A DNA stretch of 64,000 nt, from assembly GCA_965112155.1 (NCBI GenBank), contig OZ218106.1; one strand, given 5' to 3'. This document shows positions 13,131 to 26,134 of the stretch, one piece after another. Source of the DNA: Podarcis liolepis. Lineage: Eukaryota. The notes beneath the pieces are model-generated. The model searched no databases, was not told where the DNA came from, and saw nothing but the letters and a program-made list of their open reading frames with translations. The number at the start of each line of letters is the position of its first letter. The stretch's first letter is position 1. The translations under genes and the position numbers were made by a program.

Positions 13131-14139
13131 CCATCTTTCCACCAAGGCTGGCCTTCAAGTAAACTTAGAATCCATGTTCAACAGTACAGAAAAAATGCAC
13201 TGCTTAAATTCCAAAAATATACAGAAGTAGTAACAGCATTTGAAAAAACAAGCTAATGAATATTTGCTTTCAAAGGCTAAATAGAACAATTCAATGCCAT
13301 CTTGTTACTGAAAGAATAACAAGATCCACATGTTATCCTTTACTCCAGGATACTCCAGCACACTCCCACAACTGGTGTTTGAAGCCAAGTACACATCATG
13401 CTATGCACAAGTCATCTGTATTCACAGAAAAGTCCCTGAATCTGGTAGCCACTCACCTAACTTCTGAAAATGGTAGTTCCTGGAGCAGGGACCCAGATGG
13501 TTACGTTAGCAGATGGGAACGTTCATATGGGAGGTGTCCCTTTGCATACAATGGTCCCACCATTTAGGGATTTATAGGTTGAAAACTGCCCTTGGAATTG
13601 TGCCCAGAAACAATCTGGGAGCCAAGGCCTTTAGGAACTTGTGGAAAGTAGAACAAAAGGCCCGTGTTCAAGTGTTAGTAAAGAAGAAGGAGAGAAAAAC
13701 TCTGTATTTTTTGGCACCACAGCTAGAATCGGGTGGAGTTCATTATAAAACTGCAGAACTGTAGAAAATGTAAACTCAAATGTGGAGGTTCCTTGAATTT
13801 TAATTTAATTTCAGGAGTAAACGATAGCTTCTGAGAAATCCAAGAATAGGAACAAAGAGCATGAACTAAGCATTTTATTATAGCCATAAGTGATCTACTT
13901 TCAGCAAGTAGTTTTCTACCAGTAACTGGAGAGGTTTGCATGTGCTGCTGGATATTGAAATGTAAAGGTATGTGCTATCTTATCCTCATCTAGCATAATT
14001 AATATTATGAAAGACTTCATTATGGAAAATCAAAATAAAACAATATCCCCTTTCCTGGTTTCTAATGACTGATAAATATCAGTTTGAGTCCATAGCATTT
14101 ATGTCTTGCCACATGAGAAAAAAGTATGATTCTGGAGTA

Positions 14140-14450
14140 TATAGACCAGAAGAAGAGCCTTCAGGATAAGATCCACTGTTTCCCACAGTGGCCAACTCAG
14201 TGCCTATGGGAAGCTCACAAGCAGGACATAAGGACCATAGGCGCCATTGCTGCTGTTACCCAACATACGATATACAGGTGCATATTGCCACTGAAGTAAG
14301 AGATATAGCCCTCATGATTTGGATGACTTGCACCTATTGACAGTTGCATCCTTCTTGAACTCTCCAGTTTTATCTTTTAATATCAATCCATGTTGGTGAC
14401 CATCACCACATCTTATAAAAGCATTATATAGTAGCTGTATGAAGAAGTTG
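14140..14450 (-). mobile_element. CR1 3' fragment
   Basis: Reverse complement of the CR1 tail motif (tcccacagtggccaac...gcctatggga). Confidence 0.5.
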
Positions 14451-14914
14451 TGTTTGTTTGCTGTGCCTTTGGACATCTGCTAAGATAAAACCAAGTTTTG
14501 CATGATGGTCTCTGAGATCGAGGAGCAGGTTTTTGTCCATGTTTGGATGCAATTGAACTCCGTTTTGAATCCAGATGGCAGACAGAGCCTACACTGCAGA
14601 TTGAACTGCACTGATTTTAAGCACTGGTTTCAAAACTGCACAGATTTTAAGATTTCTTAGAATTCCTCAGCAATGCTGGGTAAGAGGTTGCTAGATTTAT
14701 ATGCCATGGGCAGTAGTCTACTAAGTCCAAACCCATTGAAATCAATGCCTCATTACTTAAATCCATCTATTTTAATGAATCTATTCTGAGTTTGACTTAC
14801 ATTGAATATCGCCCAGTTAGTTTAATGTTAATTAATGAATCCCAGATTTTCCTTCATGCATTTTATTTTGCTTCTTCACTTTCTTCTTTGTCTTGCAAAG
14901 ATCAACCTTGCTGC

Positions 14915-15300
14915 AGTTGTTGTTGGCATCTGTTTGTCTCAAGAGACAATGGAGTACACATCCAGGGGTGAAGTCAAACTGCTGCATTAGCAGCTCCAAA
15001 GTGACTTCCCTGGGTCACAAGCCTGAGCAGTGTGCATGGAGGTTCTGGACTGCCCAGATGATAAGACCCCCCTATTGACCTCACTGAAGTGGTCCAAAGG
15101 AAAGCAGAGCAATATGTTTGGCCCCAACTTGGCTACAGCAGTTGCCAGAAGTAAGGAGGCATACAAGGTGCCATCCAACTGTCTTAGGGAATCTGTTCCG
15201 GATTTGTGCAGGGTATACTCCTTAGCTTGAAGATACCCTGCAAGGTAGCAGTGCTTTTCCTTCTCCTAGATGGGCTATCTTCTAGGCTGATGAGCCCCAC
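14915..15300. mobile_element. Unclassified squamate interspersed repeat, possibly RTE-related
   Basis: Resembles from memory a recurrent lacertid repeat. No protein motif found. Confidence 0.3.
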
Positions 15301-17339
15301 CTTGGTGTAGTAGGCATATAGAAAAGAAGTTAATGTATTGTTGAGGGAGTACTTTTGACTCTACATAGTCAACGTACTCTGCAATGGAAAAACTATTTAA
15401 AAAATGAAAATTTAGTGCCAGCACACAGTTTCTGAAAAATTTATAGTTTCTGAAAAATTTATAGTACTGAAAATGTAACAAATATCTACATTTTCAGCCC
15501 TAGTAATATATGTAAGAAGATATAAGCTACATTTTCTGCTTTTTATTATGTAAAAGATTTATGCCTAGTTGTCTTTTTAGCTGGCAGATGTGAAGAGATT
15601 TCATGACATTCTGCATTCACTGAAGAGTGCCAGCTTGTCCCTTTATACTCTACTGCTGTGATATTCTAAAGAAAAATAACTTTCATTAGTTTGGTGAGAC
15701 ATAAACTTCGTGCTCTGTGGTTTCTAGAAAAAATAGGATTTCACCTCTGCATTTTAATGCATCACATTTGCGAAATACTTCCACACGATTTGTGGTGATT
15801 GTCCATGACTGATATTTATTATGAGGAAATTATGATATCATAAAGTCACATGAAATTACCTATAAAATATTATGAACCAGATGCATAGTGGGTTTAGCTA
15901 CAACTATATGACCTATTTCTGGCCATCCCAAAACAATACTTTTCCAGTGTAAAAGAGAGCTGATACTTCTCTAAATGTCCACTGCACAGAGTACCTAAGA
16001 AAGGTCAGAGTAAACAAATGGAACTCTTTCAGGACCCAAGACATTTCACAACATAAAATAAAAATACATACAATGAAAAACACACAATAAATATAAATAC
16101 TAAAAATCAGTTAAATAAGGAATAAGGAATAAATTGCATGACCTTCACACACAGAGATGCTTGAATTGTGCCTGAATCTCAAGCTCATGCATCTCAGTGC
16201 TTCTATCAGATTCTATACCACTGACATGAAAAATGGACCTCCTATTCACTGTAACCACAGACGCTGTTGCCATATTACTACACTGAGGAAACTTGAATTG
16301 TGGAGGCTGAAGAATATAAGGAAAAATAAATACGGCTAAAATCCAGCTTAGCTGAGCATCAAGAAGTTTTATGAGACTATAACAAAATAGAATGTGATAT
16401 GAAAAGAATTCAAAAAGTTACTTTTTGTAGATCTGCTGTATACTAAAGGGAAATAAAAGATTAATAAAAAATAAAAGATTAATGCCAATTCACATATTGC
16501 ATCAAAACTTAATTAGTACTTTGCCTCCATATTTATGATGGAAGAGGATATTGAAACGAGTGTGGAGAAATGAAAAAGGCTTTGTATCTGCGCCTGGAAT
16601 AAAATGGAAAACTTTCAACGTATTCCCACCACGAGAACTCAGACATCTACATGAAGAATATTAAAGAAGTAAACAAAAGTTTTGAACGCAATTGGGCTCA
16701 AGACATTTGGGAGAAATGTCACTGGTTATTTCTGTTTTATCTCAAATGTTAGTCTCATGTCTACACTTTGCCCCTCCCACTTCAACCACTTTGCCCTTCT
16801 TGTATTAGAGAGCCTGACTAGAGAGCCTGATCAAGATTTAGAAGTTCTTTGGGATTAATTGGCTGAAAATGCAAGGCAATACATACAAATAATTTAAAAC
16901 CAGAGTGTTTAAAATATTACTATGCTCAAGGAAGGAGTATGGGGATCCTGCTGCAGCAAAACACATACTGTGGATACAGAGTGCCTCAGCAGGGGTTGGC
17001 TGGCACTCATGGTTCCAGGTGGAGCTCTGGTGATTAGCTTTGCTACAGCAACCATGTCCATTATATACTAAGAAAATTGTTTTTGTGGAGCAGTAGAGGA
17101 GGAATAGTCACCAGCAAGTAACAAAAAAGCTGGCAAAGCTAGTGACAGCAGGGAAAAACAATTTGGAATTAGCACCAAGCCCTCCAGCCCTTTGCAGTAG
17201 CAGCCATCACTTTGTGGGACTGTATTTACCATCTGATCAAGGTCTTCACCTTCATCTCCTGAAAGTGAGGAATCTGACTCCTGGGTCTCAACACAATTAC
17301 TGTGGCAGCTACAGGATGGTGCATTGATCTTTTGGTGTA

Positions 17340-17359
17340 TACACACACAAACACAAACA

Positions 17360-17390
<31 letters not shown>
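17340..17390. repeat. (CA)n/(CAAACA)n microsatellite
   Basis: Direct reading. Confidence 0.9.
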
Positions 17391-17716
17391 TTCAGTCCAC
17401 TTATATCAATGGTTTTCATTTTCCTGGGTGGTGGCTGTTGCCTTCTGAAGGTACTCAAAACCTTCAGCAAGTCTTCTCAATATTCAGTAGCCTAGGTCCT
17501 ATGCCCATTCTGCCTTAAAGTGCCTTCTTCCCAATATTTTTACCTTTTCTCTTCCTTTACTGCCTCTGCCTTCAATCCATTCCTCTATGCATTTACCTGT
17601 GTACCTGTCAAAGCCCCAGTTTTTGCATTTGAAATATTTTATGCAAATTAAATAATTTTGAATTACTCCCTTTTCTGGGGGAAATCTAAAAAATTACCGC
17701 ATTTGTACTATACACA

Positions 17717-17718
<2 letters not shown>

Positions 17719-17762
<44 letters not shown>
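17719..17762. repeat. (TG)n microsatellite
   Basis: Direct reading. Confidence 0.95.
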
Positions 17763-17765
<3 letters not shown>

Positions 17766-17789
17766 AATGATCATGGGCATTTTTTAGTT

Positions 17790-18450
17790 GGCCATTGTAG
17801 GATGTACTTTAATGGGCCCTTTGGCTTGGATGCTATCACTCCTGGGCCCCTTCCAACTTCCTGCCTTTCCAATATTTCAGTTATCTGTCTTCAGCCCGTC
17901 TTTGATGTTACCACTTCAGAAAGAGCCAAACCAAAAAAGGAAGTGGATTAAACTAGATTATCATTGCCGTTCTACTTCTATGACATTTTGCATAGCTGGG
18001 CCGCCTGTCAGAGTGAATATATCTTTCCAATTAGACAATTGTGCTTGGATAGCTTTCCTTGCTGGCATTTTTACAACCATGAGAAGGGCAGCTAGCAAAG
18101 GGGCTAGCCTGCCTATAAAATCTGAACCTTTCAAATAGTTTGAAATACTATCTTTAGGAAAGGAATTGGTGATATTTTTGTGTAGGAAAAGATTTGGTAG
18201 CCTATAAAGAGCCCCTGTCCCTATCCATCCTGCTCTAGTCTGTGAGAGGGTTGGACAGACTGATTTATAGATGGAAAGGAAATTTGACACAGACAGACCT
18301 TGAAACACTGTAATTTTTCTTAGATTCATGAATCTCCTCAAGCAAATCTTGTGGACTTGAGTATTGGGTACATTGTGATCAATAACCAATTTGAAACACA
18401 ATATGACTATGGAACAGGTTCTACATTCATAGGCTGAAGTACACACAATA
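17790..18450 (-). mobile_element. Degraded non-LTR retrotransposon ORF2 fragment (linker upstream of RT)
   Basis: Frameshifted minus translation QITEILERQEVGRGPG/SDSIQAK resembles the LINE motif EI...L..LK.GKAPGPDGIP. Confidence 0.3.
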
Positions 18451-19744
18451 CGTTTTAAAAACATGCATCCAAGAATCATGGGAGCTGTAGTTTACATCTC
18501 ATAGAACTTCAATTCCCAGCACCCCTAACGAACTATAGTTTGCATTATTTTTTGGGAGGGAGGTGCTTTAGGGTATGTGCAAGCTGCACGATAATGTGAA
18601 TTTGGCGCTGGATGCAGTTGAAGAAGGCTGTTTTACCTCTTCACATTGAGAAGAGGATGAAGCCCATGCCACTATGTTCTTATAGCCCCATGCTTCACTT
18701 CCCACCACTTCTTCCCTCTTACATGAGAACGACACCTTAGTGGAAGATCTGGTGCAAAGTCCCTCTGGTTTATCTAAACGCTAGATAGTGAAAAGTTAGT
18801 TTGCTTCTTATAAACTTTCTGTCAACTCTTCGATATCGACTTTGCATTCAGTGGCCCACTTCCTTGGACTATGTCTATTCTCAAGAAATTAAATAACATT
18901 ACTTGACAAAAATAAATGTTACATCACAAATACAGCCTTATTCTAAATATTGCAAAGAAAGTAGTTTTTTTGAACTTTGAAGATAGTTCCAACTACTTTC
19001 ATCCTTCAATTTACTTTGAAGTCATATATGCATTCAGTTACTGTACTTTTCAAACTAAACTTTTCCTTATCACTTTTCTATATCACTTTAAACAAAATAA
19101 TACAGTATCTTCTTGACCTGAAAATCCACATTGTTCCTGTGTGGATGAGATGAATGGCTGATTTAAAAGCAATAATTTCCTTGGAGAAAAACATGTGGTG
19201 AATAGAGAACTTTTAGTGGATTTGGAAGCCTTTATTTAACTTCCTTAGCAAAAGAGCTTGTGATTCAATCAAAAGAATACATCATAAAGGAGCAATAAGT
19301 TGGTCTTGAAATGTTTTTGAGACATGGGCTGCATTAGAAATACTTGTGTGAGTGTTAATTCTTCCCAGCAAACTTGTGAGTAACTATGATCTTAACTGCT
19401 TTTGTTGTGCTGCATTGTTAATGGGGGTCTAAGCTATTTAAATTGTTCATAGAGGAGACTCTTCTGTATGCTCTATGTATTGGTGAGACGTATCTCCCAA
19501 TATACAGTACATGCTTTTATAACCATTGCAATGGAAAAACTCACAGAGGACTGGGGATCCTTTTGCAAATGCTGAAAGTAGTGAGGGACATCACAATGAC
19601 AGGGTTCTGAGTCCCATCTGCTTATTTAGGAGTGTCCATCTAGATGTGGTGGGGACAGATAGATTTCTTTTCATATGTCTCCCCTATCTGCATATACAGA
19701 AGTGAGCAGTGGGAGTCATATTTCAAAAGTTGAGGGTACATATA

Positions 19745-20016
19745 GAAGAAGAAGAAGAGGAGGAGGAGGGGGGGGGGAGTTTGGATTTGATATCCTGCTT
19801 TATCACTACCCGAAGGAGTCTCAAAGCAGCTAACATTCTCCTTTCCCTTCCTCCCCCACAACAAACACTCTGGGAGGTGAGTGGGGCTGAGAGACTTCAG
19901 AGAAGTGTGACTAGCCCAAGGTCACCCAGCAGCTGCATGTGGAGGAGCGGAGATGCGAACCCAGTTCCACAGATTACGAGTCTACCACTCTTAACCACAA
20001 CACCACACTGGCTCTC
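19745..20016 (-). mobile_element. Full-length tRNA-derived SINE (Squam2/Anolis-SINE2-like)
   Basis: tRNA-like head (A box tggtgt.gtgg, B box region), gtgaccttgggctagtcac core and (CTT/CCT)n tail. Near-identical to copies at 44883 and 59154. Confidence 0.9.
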
Positions 20017-20276
20017 TCGAGGAAGCCGGTGTACAACTTCCGGGTCATGTGGCCAGCATGACTAAGCCGCTTCTGGCGAACCAGAACAGCACACAGAAAC
20101 GCCGTTTACCTTCCCGCCGGAGCGGTACCTATTTATCTACTTGCATGCTTTCAAACTGCTAGGTGGGCAGGAGCAGGGGCCAAGCAACGGGAGCTCACCC
20201 CGTCATGGGGATTCGAACCACTGACCTTCTGATCGGCAAGCCCTAGGCTCTGTGGTTTAGACCACAGCGCCACCCG
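20017..20276 (-). mobile_element. Sauria SINE (Squam1), 3' end missing
   Basis: Head gggtggcgctgtggtctaaacc...ggttcgaatcccc and body gtagataaataggtaccgc. No (ACCTTT)n tail. Confidence 0.9.
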
Positions 20277-22335
20277 ATACTGAACCTCCCCTCTCCCTCA
20301 CCTTATCCCCTCCCCCAATCTGCTGCCCTGGCCACTTTTATCTATTATTTATTTATTGCTTTTATATACTACCCTTCCTGCAAGGTAAAATATTGACAAG
20401 CACAAACGCACAAACAAAATCTTATGCAACTGAATTCAAGAAGCTACCCATGGTGTGATGCTGTCCCAACTCCCAACACTTCTCTCATTCTGTTGGTGAT
20501 CCATTCAAGAGCCAATGCTTATGTGCTTCTTGGCTCAGGCTCCCTGACTTCTCTGATTACACTCACATTTTTTTCTTTTCTAGCACCCAAGGCAGAGCCC
20601 GGAAGCAGGAAGAAATTGTTTGGAATAACCAACTTCATAAGAAATGTCTGGAGTCCCTCACCAGGGGCTGTTCAGTAATCTTAGCAAAAGGGCAGAGCCT
20701 AATGGATCAATAAATGGTTCAACAAAAGAAAGCAGAGGTTAGGAATAAATAGACAGGTCTGTTCTATTTAATATGTCAATAAATAATCTGGACTGAGCAG
20801 TGAAACAGCCATGTTTCTGGCTTGCATTATTAATCAGATAGTGAACATGCAAGTGGCCTGCAAAGAATTCCAGAAATGTCTTTCCAAAGTGGATAAACCG
20901 GCAACAAAAAGGCGAATGTGGATCGATGTAAGAAAGTGATGCACAGTGGAACAAAAGAAAGAATGGAAGGAAGAAATCCTAACTTCCAAATGGTAGTATG
21001 GCTAAGCACTAGGGGGGGAGGTATTGGGATCATGGTGAGCAGCTCAATGAAAACATGTGTAATAGTGGAGGCAACAGGATAAAACATTTACATGAGACAT
21101 TAATTATTGGGAAAGTGATAGAAAATGAAATTGCTAACACAGAAACAATGATTTCATTTAAAAGTATAGCGCAAGCTGCATTATATACAGTTCTGGTGGC
21201 CAGTATTGAGAAGGGTACTTTAGACCTGAAAATGGAGCAGAAAGGTAAATCAAAATTATGAATGAAGTCTTTTATATTAGAAATACAATAGGAGAAATGT
21301 TATTTGAGCACAAACATTTAATCCTACAATAGCTCTCTTTCAGGGTAAAGTTTGGGAGTGAACTTGAATCTTCAAACTACAAACCAAAGAATTCTACTTG
21401 TATAATTGGGCTTAACAAGATTCAGGAGCAGAGATTTAGCTTAGGAGTGATGGTGCCCCATTCTAACAACAGACTGTGAAATTGTAATGTGAAGAACAGC
21501 TGCCTGCCAACAGCTCCTCAAAGCCTGCAGGCTGGTAAAGAGGTTTCCTGTTGTAATTGGAGGAGGGAGTGGGAAAGAATTGTAAAAGGGGCAAGAGAGA
21601 GAGAGAAATAAGTACATTTCAGAAAAAATGTAGAAATTTTAGACAAAGCTCATAAGCAATGTATTTGACATCTTGGTTGAGAGTATACTGGAGGACAAAA
21701 ATATAATGCCACTGTTCCAAAACAGTCTTTTCTAATTCATTGCATCCATGTATTGTTACGGATATGTTTTCCAACCAGTAGAAGATACAAAATGAGAACA
21801 AGCTTGACTGTTGGTGAACATCACCAGTAATGAAAGTTTGTCATTGACAACAACAATAACAGGCTGGATAAGAGGAAATAATGCCAAAACCAATGGCTGA
21901 ATGCCATCAGACATCACCGTTTTCCCTCTGCCCTATCACTATTTCTATGGTTAGACAAAAACAGCTTCTTACTAGTTCTTTCTACATTACAAAAAAGAGA
22001 GGAACATGAAAGGCACAACTCACTAAGCAGTCTTCAGCTTTTAAGATCTAATTCTGATGCTGTTTTTAAATATTGCTTTTTATAGGGGTTTTTTAATACT
22101 GTGTTGCTTAATATTGCATGTTCATTCTCTAACATATTATTGTTTCTTTTCCCTTTGGAAGCCACTCTCGGTACTTACTGGCAGAAGAACAGGATATAAA
22201 TATTAAAGAAACCATCATCATGACATTATGCAGTACGATGCTGGAGAATGGGACTCCAAAGGATGAAATGGAAACAATATCTTTCTTTAGAAGCAGTAGA
22301 CACCATGACACAAAAATAAGATTAGATGCACAATA

Positions 22336-22529
22336 CAGTGGTACCTCAGGTTAAGAACTTAATTCGTTTTGGAGGTCTGTTCTTAACCTGAGGTACCACT
22401 TTAGCTAATGGGGCCTCCCGCTGCCGCTGCGCCGCAGGAGCACAATTCCTGTTCTCATCCTGAAGCAAAGTTCTTAACCCGAGGTACTATTTCTGTAACC
22501 TGAAGCATCTGTAACCCGAGGTACCACTG
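22336..22529. mobile_element. Tc1/mariner MITE
   Basis: TA|cagtggtacctc ... gaggtaccactg|TA. Confidence 0.92.
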
Positions 22530-22642
22530 TATATACTTTTCTATCATGCAAAAAATTGTCTCGTTGGATATCTGTTTGGATCTATGCCTTCAGGAATGGA
22601 ATAATGGTGCAAAATGTCTCAAATACAATGGCATTCACTATA

Positions 22643-22894
22643 CAGTGGTACCTTGGTTTACAAACTTAATCCGTTCCGGAAGTCCATTCTTAAACCCAAG
22701 CGTTCTTGAACCAAGGCGTGCTTTCCAATAGCAGCAGTGGACTCAATTTACAAATGGAACACACTCAACAGGAAGCAAAACATGTTCTTATTCCAAGGCA
22801 AAGTTCACAAACCAAAACACCTACTTCTGAGTTTGCAGCATTCTTAATCCAAGTTGTTCATAAACTAAGCTGTTCTTAAACCAAGGTACTACTG
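22643..22894. mobile_element. Tc1/mariner MITE (different internal sequence)
   Basis: TA|cagtggtaccttggttta ... taaaccaaggtactactg|TA. Confidence 0.9.
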
Positions 22895-24424
22895 TAGAGG
22901 AAGTCCATAGGTTAACTGTGAGTCATTGAATAATATATATGTATGTGTGCATGCATGATGGGATTTGTAAGCCAACAACATCTGGAAGGAACCAGGGTAG
23001 GCTCCAACAGTGCACTTCCATTCATGGAAGAAAAATCCTTCACTGAACAGGAGGGCTTTGATTCAATGGATGTTTCTGCTATGAGAAGGGAAAGGGGCAA
23101 CTTTGGCAGATCCCCACCCCATGGCCTCTCACTCTGCTCATTCCAGCTCTGTGTAAGATGATCTCTCAACCCTCTGAAGGTGAAAATGGCAAGTATTGCC
23201 TCCCAGCTTTCTTTCAGCAGGTTTGAAGAGTGTTCTTTCCATGAACAGATCTCTGCTCAGGGAATCTATGAATCCAACCCAATATTTTTTCCCCCAAGAT
23301 GAAGTTCAGAGTTATAGTGATAATTTCTTTTGAAGAAAGGCAGCTTTTAACAAAGCTTTTAGTGGGACAGCTCACCATCATAAAATGCTCCCTATATATT
23401 TCTGGCATTTGTTAACAAACTGGGAGGCAGCAGGACTGAAAGTGCTCTGAGGCTTCATCTCTGTTGTTAGTGGAAGAGTTTAAAAGCATTCAATTGTTTT
23501 GAGATTTGAAAGATTTATTTGCTATTGGGAATAGATCAGACCAGAAAGTAATTTCATGTGCAATAAACAAGCTTAGCATGAACAACCCTCACAAGTGGAA
23601 TCTCAGATACCAAGCTGCTTTTCCAGTGCACATTATTCTTTACTCCAAGGATCCACATAAACCACAATAGGACGCCTATGAAAAAGTTAAAGCTAAAGTT
23701 TCAAATCCTGAAAGACTTTCTTCTGGAGTTCAAATGCAATTAAGTTAACTGGAATTCCTTGAATTTCTCTCTCTCCAAGTGAGGGTCAATTTAAATGCTA
23801 CTTGTTCCTAAAATGCCCTTCTCCATGCCAGCAATTTTTGTAGGTTTGGGATAACTTTCAAATCCCTATTTTAAATGTCTCCACCATGTGTGTCCTTAAC
23901 AAGATGTGGAACACTGGATGCCAGCATCAGTTTTCCTCTGGACTATGAAACACTGGCATGCTCATTCAGCGCACAGTTAGATCAACACACATAGAATATG
24001 TCAAATATCCTGCTGTAAGAGTAGTAGATGCAAGTTTGCTGCTGTGTAAATAGATATCCTTCTGCTTTGAACCAAGCCTCCCCCCCCCCAAGTCAAGGTT
24101 TTCAACATGGCAGAATGTGAAAGATCCACACCTGGAAGACACCTATGGGTGCCAACATCGCTACGCTGGCTTTCATTTGATGATTTTAAGATTGGTGTTG
24201 ATTGTAAATGTTAATGGTTTCTATAAATTAGATTTTTCAATAGGTGCTTTGTAGAAGATTTCCTTTAATAAATAAACAAGCCACTTTCTCCAGCTAATTT
24301 TAGCAACACTTGCGTCAAAAGAAGAAGAAAAGCAAGACAAGGGAGAAATAGAAATACAAACTGTACATAAGAAGCTTTAAAGATAAATTAAAAATTCCTT
24401 AGTAACATGAGGAGAGCACTGAAC

Positions 24425-24565
24425 CACTTTCCCTGCCTAAGCTGTCAGAGCTGGTCTCAAAGGTGGTTCTAAGTGCTCCCAGGCTGCTTGTGTTGGGGGA
24501 CTTCAGCATCCATGCTGAAGTGGTTGGCGCAGGTTGCTCAGGACTTCATGGCTGCCATTATGACC
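24425..24565 (+). mobile_element. L2 LINE endonuclease fragment
   Basis: PRLLVLGDFSIHA matches the APE endonuclease GDFN motif. Confidence 0.7.
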
Positions 24566-24960
24566 ACCAAGAAGGGGATATTGGCAACTGGCCAGTAATA
24601 CAGTGGTACCTCTGGTTACAGACACTTCAGGTTACAGATGCTTCAGGTTACAGACTCTGCTAACCCAGAAATAGTACCTCAGGTTAAGAACTTTGCTTCA
24701 GGATGAGAACAGAAATCGTGCAGCGGCGGCGCGGCGGCAGTGGGAGGCTCCATTAGCTATAGTGGTAACTCAGGTTAAGAACAGTTTCAGGTTAAGAACG
24801 AACCTCCAGAACGAATTAAGTTCTTAGCCCGAGGTACCACTGTACTTAGATTTTCAAAATCCAGGGAAGGTTTCTTGAGGAGGGGTCTTACCACTGCCTC
24901 CTTCAACCAAGCAAGGACCACCTCCTTCACAAGGAGGCATTAATCACCTTCCTAGCCCAG
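24566..24960 (-). mobile_element. L2 LINE RT fragment, split by a MITE
   Basis: Minus translation LKEAVVRPLLKKPSLDFENLS [MITE] YWPVANIPFL. Confidence 0.75.
24601..24842. mobile_element. Tc1/mariner MITE nested in L2
   Basis: TA|cagtggtacctc ... gaggtaccactg|TA. Same family as 22336 and 38937, opposite orientation. Confidence 0.92.
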
Positions 24961-26134
24961 TCAGCTGTCCCCTACCTGCTAGTTTTTATCAGCCAAGAAA
25001 GGCAAGGGTCCAGATTGCAAGTGGTCACCCTGAACAATCCAAGCACCTTGTCCATGTCCTCAAGCCTTACCAACTGAAACTCATCTCCAAAAAAAGAAAA
25101 AGAAATGAAAAGCTACTCACCAGCAGTAACAGAGATATGAATAGAGGAAGAGGACACCATGGCAGATCCAGAGGCCCACTCTGTCCCCATCTGCACTCTT
25201 GAGAACACTATGGCACCATTCAAATGGCCACATTCCTGATGTTTCCTTGCCATTTAATCTTCATCTTTATATGATCTTCCACACATTGCAAAAGCCACTT
25301 CTGGAAATTTAGTGGAATCAAGAAGAAGCTTAGCACTTCTTTCAGCATTCCCCCCACCCCTCAAAAATAAACAAACAAATAAAAATCTGTTTGCAACCCT
25401 ATTAACTTGGGAAATTGCTTGAGTTTTGTGCTGTCATTGCATGTGACAAAATTTGGGGCTGTATCCTGGCATACGGTTATTTCCCTCTGTTTAAAAATTA
25501 GCACAACAGGGCAGTATATTAACCATAAAGCCACAGTTCCATAAAGCAACAGATACTGTAGTGTAAAAGGAACATTACAAATAGGAACAGAGGTACTACC
25601 ATTATGACTAGTAAAGCTAATGTTATGAACCCCATGTCTGAATGCATCCTATAACATGACCTAATAATGTCATCCACAACATCAGCAGTCCATTCACCTG
25701 CTCATCTTCCAATGTGATATATGCCAGTCGTCTGCTAGCAGTGCCCTTCTGCATTCTACAAAGGACAAACTGGGTGGCTTATATGGCCAACAAATAAATA
25801 ATTGACATGGTAAGATGATTCTGTGATTTACACTTGGTATATATTCACACTGGCACATTTATGCAAGGTTGCTGGCTGCTAGATACATGCCAACTGAAAG
25901 CCGCCCCCCCCCCCCAAAAAAAGAACTATAGTGGATCATACTTCTAGACAGCCTTCCCCAACTTGGTGCCCTTCAGATTTTTTTTTTTTATTACAATTCC
26001 CAACATCCATGACCATTGGTGATGCTGGCTGGGGCTGATAAGAGTTGCAGGAGGAGGCTAATCTAAGTTAAAACCACATCAAATGATCTAAGCAGGAAAA
26101 GGATACCATTTTTGATGGAATTCTGTTTCTAGAG

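Noticed and set aside
15427-15465. 18-bp tandem duplication (agtttctgaaaaatttat x2)
   Set aside because: Ordinary slippage duplication.
17961-18479. 172-aa ORF considered as an endogenous viral element (bornavirus N-like)
   Set aside because: No sustained similarity; nearby frameshifted motifs fit a decayed LINE better.
19709-20065. Similar ORFs at 19709, 44628 and 59152 suggesting a gene family
   Set aside because: They are antisense translations of the same SINE.
20584-20678. Strong plus-strand acceptor followed by short open frames
   Set aside because: No convincing donor or recognisable protein.
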